Source: Hydrurus foetidus
Taxonomy: Eukaryota
Direction of reading: 5' to 3'
Assembly: GCA_900617105.1 (NCBI GenBank)
Contig: UYFQ01000367.1
Location: forward strand, 1-57,322
DNA length: 57,322 bases
Numbering within the stretch: the first letter of the stretch is position 1; every line of letters begins with the position of its first letter. The position numbers and the translations under genes are program-made. This document shows positions 13,314 to 25,301 of the stretch, piece by piece. The notes under the pieces were generated by a model. That model searched no databases. It saw nothing but the letters and a program-made list of their open reading frames with translations, and was not told the origin of the DNA.

Positions 13314-14813
13314 ATGTTCCGTTCTTCCTTTGATGCTGAAGGAGTTATTGTATTTGATCAATGGGCTGCGTTTAAAAGAAAACGCGACAGAAATGATGAT
13401 GATGACGATGAGGGGGAAGAGGAGATAGTAAAAGAAGAGGAAATGAAGGCTAGGAACTATAATGGTTATGATCCGGAGCAGGCTATTGAGTCAGAGTGGT
13501 ATCGTAGATATGTATCAGGAGTGGGATGATTCCAACAGAAAAAGTATTTTCAACAGTTTAGACGAAGATTTAGGATGCCTTATACTGAATTCAAGAGTTT
13601 AGTTACACTGGCTAGGGAACAGCAATGGTTTCCCCATTACGAGCGGATGAATGCTTGCAAACAACCTGGAATACCCTTGGACTTATTTATTCTAGGTTCT
13701 CTCCGTTATCTTGGACGTGGTTGGACCTTTGATGACATTGCCGAGGCTACAGGGGTATCGGAGGAATCTCATCAGATATTTTTTGCACTATTCGTCAAAG
13801 CTTGTAGGAAGTATCTTTATCCCATGTGGGTAAAACGTCCTATAACTGAAGAAGAAGTGAAGGATCATATGTCAGAGTTTAAGGCCGTGGCTTTTGATGG
13901 ATGTATTGGGTCTGCTGATGTAACTCATATTATCATGGAGAAGTGCTATGCACGCTTGAAAAATCAGAATACTGGACCAAAGGATTCACATACAACAAGA
14001 GCTTATCAGCTTGTTGTGAATCACAGAAGACAAATTCTTGCTTCCACTGTTGGATTTCCTGGTCGATGGAATGATGCAACTATCGTTCGCTTCGACGATT
14101 TCATTACAGATATTCAGAGAGGTAATTACTTATCTGAAAACGTTTTTTCTCCGTATAATATTAAAGGAGAGGAAAAGAAGTACAAGGGTGCATGGATTCT
14201 AGTGGATGGAGGCTATCCCTCCTGGACTTCTCTTATATGTCCTTTCAAAGAAAGCACAATTATCACATAACTAAGATGGTCAAGATGGGCCGAATCAATG
14301 AGGAAGGATGTGGAGTGCACATTTGGTATCATGAAAGGTAGATGGCGGATTCTAAAGACTGGAGTAAGAATGCACGGGCTTGAGATTGTGGATGACATTT
14401 GGTTTACATGCTGCGCCTTTCATAACATGTTACTTAACTGCGATGGGTTGGAAAGAATGTGGAAGAAGGGGGTTGTCAGCCCATTTGAAGGGGAGCTAGG
14501 ATGGCATGCTCCAGGAGATACAGAGATTTACTGCGATCCAATCATATTCCAACGTTTTCGTAGTGGGCAACAAGGTTTTAATCCCCGAAAACATGATTGT
14601 TCAATATTAGGATCTGAACCAGAAGGCAATCGTACTATACCTAATCAAAGAGTGGATAATAATGAGGAGGATAATCAAGTTCAAGAAGCTAAATGTTTGT
14701 ATATTTTGTCTTATAATAAGTTTCGAAATATTTTAGTTACTCACTTCAATAAGCTTTGGGAATTAGGGAAACTTATTTGGCCATCTAGGAGTGGTAAAAT
14801 GGTTAGAGGTTAA
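13314..14813 (+). pseudogene. Harbinger DDE transposase with two premature stops
   Basis: Single frame with in-frame TGA (13527) and TAA (14268). Motifs FRRRFRMP, GCIGSADVTH, PGRWND, VDGGY, RKDVECTFGIMKGRWRIL, CCAFHNM. Confidence 0.92.
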
Positions 14814-15189
14814 CTTTATTTTATCCTTGTATATATCATATATTCATTCTATAATCTATTTTTGTACCTGTATCGATTGTAGTGGAGTACAAAAATGTAA
14901 GTACCAAATTTTTTTTAATTTATTCTTTAAAACTTTCCTGTATTTATATTAGCCTACTTTAACTTACATTATCATACTTTCGAACCTTTAGACTATTTTA
15001 ATTTTTGGTACTTCAAATTATGTTACTCTCGATTGTAGTGGAGGTCAAAAACAGAAAACGAAAAAGAAAATAACAAGTGTAACATACTAATTAAACATTT
15101 TCAATTCTTCTCTTTTTCTTTTCCCTTTTCCCCTCATTGGTGTCATTAGTAGTATTGTTTTTGCTTGCACTTTCTTGGCCTCTCTTGTT

Positions 15190-15266
15190 GCTACTGTTGA
15201 TACTGCTGCTGCTACTGCTACTGCTACTGCTACTGCTACTGCTACTGCTACTGCTACTGCTGCTGC
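15190..15266. repeat. (CTACTG)n/(CTG)n microsatellite inside element B
   Basis: Directly visible tandem hexamer run. Confidence 0.9.
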
Positions 15267-15370
15267 TTCCTTTGCCTGTTCTTGTAGTAGGTTCTTCTAG
15301 TGATCCAGAGGTGATACCATGTGGATTGAATTGATTCCTTCTAGCTTCTTCTCTTTGTTGCTTCTATTTC

Positions 15371-17273
15371 TCAGAAGCTTGGGGCAGATCTCAGTAGTCC
15401 AGTCTGATTTGTAGGATCCTTGGTAAAGAGGTGAGTAGATCCAGAGGTGTCGGTTGAAGTAGATGGTATAATATCCTGGCAAGTAGATGGTACATATTCC
15501 TGGCAAGTAGATGGTATAGTTTCCTTGCGAGTAGATGGTATAGTTTCCTTGCGAGTAGATGGAACCGTTACAGGTTGATACATGGGTACCGAGGTTTGAT
15601 ACTCAACAGTTTGCTCACCATCATCTCCTAGGATAAATTCTAATGTCGCCTCTGCACTGAGAGGTAATTCAATTAATGCAGCATTGAGTAATTCTTCTTC
15701 TTGGTTACGACGACTGATGACACTCTCTATGATGATGGGAGGATTGTTGGTGATAGAGTGGAAAGGTGGATGTCCCGATGGAAGGGAGTTACTTAGACTC
15801 GAGTAATTCGTGATTTTTTTCCTTTGTTGAGTAGACTCAGTAGCCGGTGACGCATACAAACGTGACATAGTGGTGGAGTCTTCCATATCTGTATTCGTAC
15901 GACCAGATGGAATTACAGGAGAGTCATAATCCTGATGGGCTGATTGATCTGATGGTCCCGATGGTCCCGATGGTCCTGATGGGGCAGATGGATTATCGAA
16001 GGAGGCCATTTCCGTTGCCCATTTGGTGACAATTTCAAACCAATGATTGAACATGGTTTCGCTCATTCTGTGACCATGTTTCTCAAGCATGGAGTTGGCG
16101 GCAGCAAAACCATCTTGAGCCTTCATTCGACTCTTGTTATCAGCAACAGATTGTTGCATGATTCGAATTTCCTCCTTCTGTAGTTCGAGGCGTTGAGATT
16201 GAAAGTTATTCAGACCTCGTCCCTCCCCAACCGAACTGTATATAATTGTAGAAGGTCACTTAAATAATAGGAAGATAATATTTATGTTATAAAATATAGA
16301 CTTACCGGACAAGATCGGTTGCAGCTTTCTTTTCTTCTTTCATCGACTTGGTATTGTACATGCCAGTCTTTGCATTCTCCTCGATTGCTTCCGTGTCCAC
16401 GCTAAAAGCCCCAGAAATCTCAAACCCATAGCATGCAACACCATATGGACCCAGTAACATAAAGGTTACTAATGCCGGAGGAACCAATTTCTTCTTCGAA
16501 ACATATTCAACGCTGTCGTTGTCGTCATCTTCGTCTTCTGCATCTTCGTTATCGGAGTCGACAACTCGAGAGTTCCTTAATGGCTGAGTAGGCGCAGAAC
16601 CTTGAGTAACAGGAGGGTCTTTGTCATCGTCCTCATCCTCATCTGTCTCGTTTTCCTTCTCCATATTTTGATCATGCTCGGTATTCACGGACTCAGTACA
16701 GAAGAGAAGAGCATCAGTCTCATTTTTCCCCGAGGGAAACCCACCAGCCTTGGTGAAGTCTTTCCAATACGCGAGTAAGACCTTGCAATCTTTGATGCAA
16801 GCTTTTGCTTTCGCAATAAGCTGTCGTCCATTGATGTATTTCCGACCCGATAAAGTAGGATAATGGATGAATTCCTTGACAGATTCTTTACTGACTCCCG
16901 CCAATATACCAAACTCGGGTTTAATCACATCATCTTCCCACAAAACCCTATATCTTCCTGTTCCCTCCAGCAAAGCACCAATTTGACCAATTTGGTCACC
17001 ATCATCTCCATGATAAAATCTACCAGAGGACAATCAATTTTAGGAGTTAGTGACAGCATAAAAATGAAGAACAATGGTGAAAACAACTTACAATTCCATG
17101 TCTTCCTTCTGATTTTTCTTTCTCCGAGCAGATCCCTCAAGAATGGAGACATATGCGTTAGCGGCAAGAAGGTACTGCAACGCCTTCAATTGGGGTGCCT
17201 TCAGCTTACCAACAAATTTCTTTACAGGCTTCCCCCTAACCAACATAAACTTGTTTTTGACCATTTTGCTCAA
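15371..17273 (-). CDS. Harbinger accessory protein of element B (3 exons)
   Basis: Exons 17273-17092, 17019-16306 and 16235-15371, with GT-AG introns that keep the frame. Acidic tracts and a 27-bp coding tandem repeat near 15480-15560. Confidence 0.75.
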
Positions 17274-17486
17274 TCAAGGATGATGTCAAAAAATTTAAAG
17301 TGCAAATGTGATTGCATATTGGAATCTTGTAAAATGCCCTCCACTACAATGGAAAAGTTCAAAAACGGTACAGAACAGGAAATTTCGTTTACGTCATACA
17401 CTACAATCGAGACGGTACGAAATACGAAAACGAAAATCCAAAAAAAATTGGATTTTCGTTTTCGTATTTTGTTCACCACTAGGACC

Positions 17487-17713
17487 GGCCATTCCTTAGT
17501 GACATGTCCAAAAAAGCCAATAAATACGGTTTTTACATTTTGGATGACCGATTTCTTCCCAAGAAAATGACCTTCTTCTTGGGTGGTTTTTTCCATCCCA
17601 AAACAACATTTTCAACGGCTCACTCAAAATGACGAAAACGAAATTATTTTCCCGGATATTTTTGAAAGAACTTTTTTGGATAAACGGTTTTGGATATGTT
17701 AAAAGGATTGGCC
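17487..17713. mobile_element. Tourist-like MITE C1
   Basis: Imperfect TIRs GGCCATTCCTTAGTGACATGTCC / GGATATGTTAAAAGGATTGGCC. The body resembles 53820-53920 in inverted orientation. It shares its first GGCC with the end of element B. Confidence 0.7.
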
Positions 17714-17715
17714 TT

Positions 17716-18038
17716 TTAGAATCAGATTTCGGTTTTTGAAATCCAATTCTGACTTTTTCGATTTCCGACGCAGATATAATCCAATTCTGACTTTTTCGAT
17801 TTCGGACGCAGATATATCTGCGTCGGAAATCGAAAAAGTCAGAATTGGATTTCAAAACCGAAATCCGATTCTATGATATCTGCGTCGGAAATCGTCGTAA
17901 AATAGGCGGAATTTCCGACAATCTCCGCGTCGGAAATCGGAAAAGTCAGAATTGGATTTCGAAAAAGTCAGAATTGGATTTCAAAAACCGAAATCCGATT
18001 CTAACTTTCCCTGAAATCCGACACCGTTAGGACCGGCC
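17716..18038. mobile_element. Foldback-like Harbinger-family MITE C2 (left end truncated)
   Basis: Direct and inverted copies of GAAATCCAATTCTGACTTTTTCG. Ends CCGTTAGGACCGGCC + TTA. A related fragment lies at 53447-53518. Confidence 0.75.
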
Positions 18039-18041
18039 TTA

Positions 18042-19353
18042 GGCCGTTACTTACAGCATCCATAATCCCGTCTAAAATCGGTAATTTTGGGTGGGTTTTA
18101 CGGGAATGCATTCCTTACTGACCCTAAATTTTGCATCCACAATTTTTTTTGAATTTGAAGAAATGGACGCGAAAAATCATCCACAAATTGGACCAATATT
18201 CCGGCATGGTAGACGTCATGCCAGAATTTATAGTCATGCATTCAACGCCCGTAAGAGTCGAGCTACGTCTACATCGAGCTACGGAAAATGAGGACGAGGA
18301 AGATGCCGACGAACACAGCTACATCAGTGAAGGAACTTTACCTGCCTACTAGCGAAGGTCCGACTGATTCGGAGCATTTTTTTACCGACGAAAAAGGGAA
18401 GCGGGTGTCCAAGAAACCAGCGGGTAGATCTCATCAACGAGACGTCGAATCAGTAGCTACGGCAGTTACCAAAATTTCCGCCGACAGTAATACCATGATG
18501 TCCCACCGACTTCTCCAAGTAGATCAAGAGCTGCAAATCGCAAGCAGCTCCCACAATTTGAGAATCATTCAGCTCCTTCAATCCAACGCTACATCTGAGG
18601 AGGAAAAAAGCTTAGTGGACGATTACTACAAAGAGTTCTTACTACATGAGGGGGATCTACTGAGAAAGAGACTAGCCGCCAACAAAGCACAGCGCGAACA
18701 AACATCCAATGCTTCTAAACCATCTCAAGCTAATAATATCTCAACTCCGATAGTGGCTGCAACTACCCTTAGTGTCATACCTACTGATAGTAATCGAAAT
18801 GCTAACCATCATGACAGTGACGAATTTGAGAATTTTGGTGAGTCATTTTTAGCACTTGATTCCTTCGAATCTGAGTCAACCTAAGTATAACCTTCTCTAA
18901 ATATGTTAGTTCAAGCCCTAGACGAGGTTTCTGAGGCACAAATTACAGTCATTTCTGAATCTCAGTCATCAAACAGTCTCATGACACCCCGAGAGCAAAT
19001 GACCTCCTCCAAGAGCCATTTCAAGGCCCTATCCACTGGGAAATCGGATATTGGAGCTCCATGATGATGATACGTGGTTTAATTGTGATGAAAGACCAGA
19101 ATAGGACAACCATGTTACTATTGACAACCATAAAATATTTGAAATTTGAAATTAGTTGAATCGATTCTAAGTTTTTAGATAAGATTCTGGCTCATACTGT
19201 AAGGCACAACATCCATAATGACCGATTTTGGGAGATTGATTCTGGATTCTTTAAGAGACGCCATCCAGAATTAAGAATCCAAAAAAATGAACAAATTTCA
19301 AACCAAAATTGCCGATTTTGGATGCAAGATTGTGGATGCTATAAGTATCGGCC
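18042..19353 (+). mobile_element. Non-autonomous Harbinger element D with remnant ORF
   Basis: TIRs GGCCGTTACTTACAGCATCCA / TGGATGCTATAAGTATCGGCC with a TTA TSD on both sides (18039-18041, 19354-19356). Remnant ORF 18288..18884. Confidence 0.88.
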
Positions 19354-19715
19354 TTAACCGTTTCTTCCGCACCGAAAACTAAAACCAAAAACCCACGAGT
19401 TTTCATTTGAAAAAGGCCTGTTTTCCCAGTTTTCTCATGCCGAAACTCCCCGAAAATGAAAACTCGTGGGTTTTTAGTTTGGTAGAATGCGGGAGTGCAC
19501 GTACGTGATCTGTGTTTTTCAGGATGAGTACGGTTCTCATTTCAGGCATTGCGCGTTAACTTAAGTTTCTCTTCGCGCATTTGAGTTGGAGGAAATGATC
19601 AAGAGGGGCGAGACATCGAGTAGCATTCGCCACAAACATCTCTAAGAAAGAGAATCGAGTTTGTGATCATTGACTTAGCTGTAGCTCCCCTGTGGTGTTT
19701 CGAACTTTTTAATTA

Positions 19716-21101
19716 ATGTCGCAGCCAGATGTACCTCCAGTCAAACGAGCTCGTTTTGACCGAGATTCAGCTACAGCAATAGGACCAAAATATGTCAATG
19801 TGAATGCCTTCTGGCAAGACATGGTGGATGCAGCATCAGATTACAACTCAACATACGAAACTGCAGAAGGGGAGAGATTCCAAAATGAACTCGCCCTGAT
19901 AGTGCCAGCAACAATGGCGACTCAAGGTCTACCTATCATGATACCAGCAAATCGACAGAATGAGGATGAGGAGCTGAACGCAGATTGGGGAGCTACCTCA
20001 AACTTCGTGTTTGCCTTGATTGACGAGAAACCGAACAGCGAGAAAACAAGAATGACAGTCGTAGCGTATTTGCACGAACCAGAGAAGGTCAATCTGGAAG
20101 CAGGGGTGCAAATTGTCGTGCGAACTCCGTCCAACTTTTTAACCCCTGCAGGAATCAACGAAATAGCGATGGGAGGAGCGGTTGCAAAATTAGCTCTCCC
20201 TGCGTTGTCCAAACTCTTTGAATCACGGCCAAAAACTGCAGCAAAGAACCCATCAGAAACAGGTAATTCTGATTCTTCTGAGAAAATGAAGCAGATAGGA
20301 CAGTATGGGATAGCAGACTTAGATGGAACACTCCGACCTTGTTCTGGGAAAAGTGAAGGAGTTAAGCGAATGAATAAGATAGGAGGGATGATAAGATTAC
20401 TAGGATGGGAAAGATTCAGCAAGTTGGTATTGGATTTAACTTACAGTCCCAAATATTTCATGGCAAACTGTCAAAGATACGAAGAAAGTGCCGCAGACCT
20501 ACCTTCTGACTCGCCCTTCAAGTCATTCGGAAAATTAAGTCATATTTCAGATCTACCTGTGATGGAAAACAAAAGCAAATTGGAATGTGTGCTGTTGGGG
20601 ATATATCCACAGTATGATAGAACCACAATTAGTCTCAACGACTATTTGCGGCACGCATCATCGAAATCAGTTTGGAAGAAGGAATCCTCTCGACAAGGAA
20701 GAGTTCTCTTCATAGAAGCTCTACGGAACATAGAGCAGGTGTTCACTGTCTTTTATGGAGCACACTACAGAGGATGTTGTGCTGAAATCATCACGGCCTT
20801 CGAAGACGATGAAGCTATTTTTCAGAACTTTGATGATCTCTATGTCCATGTGCAACTGGAGATGTTACTCAGCAAATTCTATGCTGACATACACTATGAG
20901 AAACGGCCGATAGTGTTCGATACTATGACGATGGAAACTACTGAAAAGTGTGCGATACTCTTTCAGCACCACTTGAGTGTAGGACTCGATCAAGCACGCG
21001 GAATATCTCTCACTGGAAATTGGGAACGACAGCCCCATTCAAAGTTCTATTCAAATGAAGGGACATACAGAAAAATAATAATAGCTCCAGCGGTCTTCTA
21101 A
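19716..21101 (+). CDS. ORF1 (gag-like) of YR element, copy 1, C-terminally truncated at the repeat junction
   Basis: Starts 4 nt after repeat A1; the stop codon comes from the tandem junction sequence. Confidence 0.7.
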   Translation: MSQPDVPPVKRARFDRDSATAIGPKYVNVNAFWQDMVDAASDYNSTYETAEGERFQNELALIVPATMATQGLPIMIPANRQNEDEELNADWGATSNFVFALIDEKPNSEKTRMTVVAYLHEPEKVNLEAGVQIVVRTPSNFLTPAGINEIAMGGAVAKLALPALSKLFESRPKTAAKNPSETGNSDSSEKMKQIGQYGIADLDGTLRPCSGKSEGVKRMNKIGGMIRLLGWERFSKLVLDLTYSPKYFMANCQRYEESAADLPSDSPFKSFGKLSHISDLPVMENKSKLECVLLGIYPQYDRTTISLNDYLRHASSKSVWKKESSRQGRVLFIEALRNIEQVFTVFYGAHYRGCCAEIITAFEDDEAIFQNFDDLYVHVQLEMLLSKFYADIHYEKRPIVFDTMTMETTEKCAILFQHHLSVGLDQARGISLTGNWERQPHSKFYSNEGTYRKIIIAPAVF

Positions 21102-22098
21102 ACCATCTCAAGCTAATAATATCTCAACTCCGATAGTGGCTGCAACTACCCTTAGTGTCATACCTACTGATAGTAATCGAAATGCTAACCATCATGACAG
21201 TGACGAATTTGAGAATTTTGGTGAGTCATTTTTAGCACTTGATTCCTTCGAATCTGAGTCAACCTAAGTATAACCTTCTCTAAATATGTTAGTTCAAGCC
21301 CTAGACGAGGTTTCTGAGGCACAAATTACAGTCATTTCTGAATCTCAGTCATCAAACAGTCTCATGACACCCCGAGAGCAAATGACCTCCTCCAAGAGCC
21401 ATTTCAAGGCCCTATCCACTGGGAAATCGGATATTGGAGCTCCATGATGATGATACGTGGTTTAATTGTGATGAAAGACCAGAATAGGACAACCATGTTA
21501 CTATTGACAACCATAAAATATTTGAAATTTGAAATTAGTTGAATCGATTCTAAGTTTTTAGATAAGATTCTGGCTCATACTGTAAGGCACAACATCCATA
21601 ATGACCGATTTTGGGAGATTGATTCTGGATTCTTTAAGAGACGCCATCCAGAATTAAGAATCCTAAAAAATGAACAAATTTCAAACCAAAATTGCCGATT
21701 TTGGATGCAAGATTGTGGATGCTATAAGTATCGGCCTTAACCGTTTCTTCCGCACCGAAAACTAAAACCAAAAACCCACGAGTTTTCATTTGAAAAAGGC
21801 CTGTTTTCCCAGTTTTCTCATGCCGAAACTCCCCGAAAATGAAAACTCGTGGGTTTTTAGTTTGGTAGAATGCGGGAGTGCACGTACGTGATCTGTGTTT
21901 TTCAGGATGAGTACGGTTCTCATTTCAGGCATTGCGCGTTAACTTAAGTTTCTCTTCGCGCATTTGAGTTGGAGGAAATGATCAAGAGGGGCGAGACATC
22001 GAGTAGCATTCGCCACAAACATCTCTAAGAAAGAGAATCGAGTTTGTGATCATTGACTTAGCTGTAGCTCCCCTGTGGTGTTTCGAACTTTTTAATTA

Positions 22099-23484
22099 AT
22101 GTCGCAGCCAGATGTACCTCCAGTCAAACGAGCTCGTTTTGACCGAGATTCAGCTACAGCAATAGGACCAAAATATGTCAATGTGAATGCCTTCTGGCAA
22201 GACATGGTGGATGCAGCATCAGATTACAACTCAACATACGAAACTGCAGAAGGGGAGAGATTCCAAAATGAACTCGCCCTGATAGTGCCAGCAACAATGG
22301 CGACTCAAGGTCTACCTATCATGATACCAGCAAATCGACAGAATGAGGATGAGGAGCTGAACGCAGATTGGGGAGCTACCTCAAACTTCGTGTTTGCCTT
22401 GATTGACGAGAAACCGAACAGCGAGAAAACAAGAATGACAGTCGTAGCGTATTTGCACGAACCAGAGAAGGTCAATCTGGAAGCAGGGGTGCAAATTGTC
22501 GTGCGAACTCCGTCCAACTTTTTAACCCCTGCAGGAATCAACGAAATAGCGATGGGAGGAGCGGTTGCAAAATTAGCTCTCCCTGCGTTGTCCAAACTCT
22601 TTGAATCACGGCCAAAAACTGCAGCAAAGAACCCATCAGAAACAGGTAATTCTGATTCTTCTGAGAAAATGAAGCAGATAGGACAGTATGGGATAGCAGA
22701 CTTAGATGGAACACTCCGACCTTGTTCTGGGAAAAGTGAAGGAGTTAAGCGAATGAATAAGATAGGAGGGATGATAAGATTACTAGGATGGGAAAGATTC
22801 AGCAAGTTGGTATTGGATTTAACTTACAGTCCCAAATATTTCATGGCAAACTGTCAAAGATACGAAGAAAGTGCCGCAGACCTACCTTCTGACTCGCCCT
22901 TCAAGTCATTCGGAAAATTAAGTCATATTTCAGATCTACCTGTGATGGAAAACAAAAGCAAATTGGAATGTGTGCTGTTGGGGATATATCCACAGTATGA
23001 TAGAACCACAATTAGTCTCAACGACTATTTGCGGCACGCATCATCGAAATCAGTTTGGAAGAAGGAATCCTCTCGACAAGGAAGAGTTCTCTTCATAGAA
23101 GCTCTACGGAACATAGAGCAGGTGTTCACTGTCTTTTATGGAGCACACTACAGAGGATGTTGTGCTGAAATCATCACGGCCTTCGAAGACGATGAAGCTA
23201 TTTTTCAGAACTTTGATGATCTCTATGTCCATGTGCAACTGGAGATGTTACTCAGCAAATTCTATGCTGACATACACTATGAGAAACGGCCGATAGTGTT
23301 CGATACTATGACGATGGAAACTACTGAAAAGTGTGCGATACTCTTTCAGCACCACTTGAGTGTAGGACTCGATCAAGCACGCGGAATATCTCTCACTGGA
23401 AATTGGGAACGACAGCCCCATTCAAAGTTCTATTCAAATGAAGGGACATACAGAAAAATAATAATAGCTCCAGCGGTCTTCTAA
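22099..23484 (+). CDS. ORF1 (gag-like) of YR element, copy 2, same truncation
   Basis: Translation identical to copy 1. Confidence 0.7.
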   Translation: MSQPDVPPVKRARFDRDSATAIGPKYVNVNAFWQDMVDAASDYNSTYETAEGERFQNELALIVPATMATQGLPIMIPANRQNEDEELNADWGATSNFVFALIDEKPNSEKTRMTVVAYLHEPEKVNLEAGVQIVVRTPSNFLTPAGINEIAMGGAVAKLALPALSKLFESRPKTAAKNPSETGNSDSSEKMKQIGQYGIADLDGTLRPCSGKSEGVKRMNKIGGMIRLLGWERFSKLVLDLTYSPKYFMANCQRYEESAADLPSDSPFKSFGKLSHISDLPVMENKSKLECVLLGIYPQYDRTTISLNDYLRHASSKSVWKKESSRQGRVLFIEALRNIEQVFTVFYGAHYRGCCAEIITAFEDDEAIFQNFDDLYVHVQLEMLLSKFYADIHYEKRPIVFDTMTMETTEKCAILFQHHLSVGLDQARGISLTGNWERQPHSKFYSNEGTYRKIIIAPAVF

Positions 23485-24481
23485 ACCATCTCAAGCTAAT
23501 AATATCTCAACTCCGATAGTGGCTGCAACTACCCTTAGTGTCATACCTACTGATAGTAATCGAAATGCTAACCATCATGACAGTGACGAATTTGAGAATT
23601 TTGGTGAGTCATTTTTAGCACTTGATTCCTTCGAATCTGAGTCAACCTAAGTATAACCTTCTCTAAATATGTTAGTTCAAGCCCTAGACGAGGTTTCTGA
23701 GGCACAAATTACAGTCATTTCTGAATCTCAGTCATCAAACAGTCTCATGACACCCCGAGAGCAAATGACCTCCTCCAAGAGCCATTTCAAGGCCCTATCC
23801 ACTGGGAAATCGGATATTGGAGCTCCATGATGATGATATGTGGTTTAAATTGTGATGAAAGACCAGAATAGGACAACCATGTTACTATTGACAACCATAA
23901 AATATTTGAAATTTGAAATTAGTTGAATCGATTCTAAGTTTTAGATAAGATTCTGGCTCATACTGTAAGGCACAACATCCATAATGACCGATTTTGGGAG
24001 ATTGATTCTGGATTCTTTAAGAGACGCCATCCAGAATTAAGAATCCAAAAAAATGAACAAATTTCAAACCAAAATTGCCGATTTTGGATGCAAGATTGTG
24101 GATGCTATAAGTATCGGCCTTAACCGTTTCTTCCGCACCGAAAACTAAAACCAAAAACCCACGAGTTTTCATTTGAAAAAGGCCTGTTTTCCCAGTTTTC
24201 TCATGCCGAAACTCCCCGAAAATGAAAACTCGTGGGTTTTTAGTTTGGTAGAATGCGGGAGTGCACGTACGTGATCTGTGTTTTTCAGGATGAGTACGGT
24301 TCTCATTTCAGGCATTGCGCGTTAACTTAAGTTTCTCTTCGCGCATTTGAGTTGGAGGAAATGATCAAGAGGGGCGAGACATCGAGTAGCATTCGCCACA
24401 AACATCTCTAAGAAAGAGAATCGAGTTTGTGATCATTGACTTAGCTGTAGCTCCCCTGTGGTGTTTCGAACTTTTTAATTA

Positions 24482-25298
24482 ATGTCGCAGCCAGATGTAC
24501 CTCCAGTCAAACGAGCTCGTTTTGACCGAGATTCAGCTACAGCAATAGGACCAAAATATGTCAATGTGAATGCCTTCTGGCAAGACATGGTGGATGCAGC
24601 ATCAGATTACAACTCAACATACGAAACTGCAGAAGGGGAGAGATTCCAAAATGAACTCGCCCTGATAGTGCCAGCAACAATGGCGACTCAAGGTCTACCT
24701 ATCATGATACCAGCAAATCGACAGAATGAGGATGAGGAGCTGAACGCAGATTGGGGAGCTACCTCAAACTTCGTGTTTGCCTTGATTGACGAGAAACCGA
24801 ACAGCGAGAAAACAAGAATGACAGTCGTAGCGTATTTGCACGAACCAGAGAAGGTCAATCTGGAAGCAGGGGTGCAAATTGTCGTGCGAACTCCGTCCAA
24901 CTTTTTAACCCCTGCAGGAATCAACGAAATAGCGATGGGAGGAGCGGTTGCAAAATTAGCTCTCCCTGCGTTGTCCAAACTCTTTGAATCACGGCCAAAA
25001 ACTGCAGCAAAGAACCCATCAGAAACAGGTAATTCTGATTCTTCTGAGAAAATGAAGCAGATAGGACAGTATGGGATAGCAGACGATATCTCTCTGCCCA
25101 TATCATATTGCGGGACAATTGGGCGTTCTATCCGTGTCAGGAAAGGCGATAAAATGCATATCTGAACGGTGCAAAAATAAGCACGAAAAAATCGATAAAT
25201 TAACACGTACTGAAGTAACGAGAGCTATCAAGTCAATTACGGTCAAAAGAATAAGAGAATTGAGCGAAGCGGCAGTCGCAAAACACTACAAAAATTGA
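24482..25298 (+). pseudogene. ORF1 copy 3 with an internal frameshifting deletion; retains the probable true C-terminus
   Basis: Matches copies 1 and 2 up to 25084. The alternative frame 25086-25298 reads ISLCPYH…KCISERCKNKH…KHYKN*. Confidence 0.65.
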
Positions 25299-25301
25299 GA
25301 T

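Larger units (their letters stand above)
13035..17490 (+). mobile_element. PIF/Harbinger element B, full-length two-gene structure with inactivated transposase
   Basis: TIRs GGTCGGTCCTAGTGG / CCACTAGGACCGGCC, preceded by TTA. Transposase and accessory genes are convergent. Confidence 0.9.
18712..25084 (+). repeat. Tandem triplication, period 2383 bp (two full copies and one partial)
   Basis: Copies start at 18712, 21095 and 23478. Identical ORF starts at 19716, 22099 and 24482. Only a few SNPs and homopolymer indels separate the copies. Confidence 0.95.

Noticed and set aside
13314..14813. In-frame stops as evidence of an alternative genetic code
   Set aside because: Host genes end normally at TAA, TAG and TGA; the stops are confined to decaying transposons.
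15137..15334. Poly-leucine ORF resembling a membrane peptide
   Set aside because: Product of the (CTACTG)n microsatellite.
17716..18038. Regularly repeated motif resembling CRISPR or iteron arrays
   Set aside because: Direct and inverted copies form a foldback MITE ending in a Harbinger TIR.
19922..22805. Antisense 166-aa ORFs and other antisense ORFs over long CDSs
   Set aside because: Shadow ORFs with no recognisable motifs.
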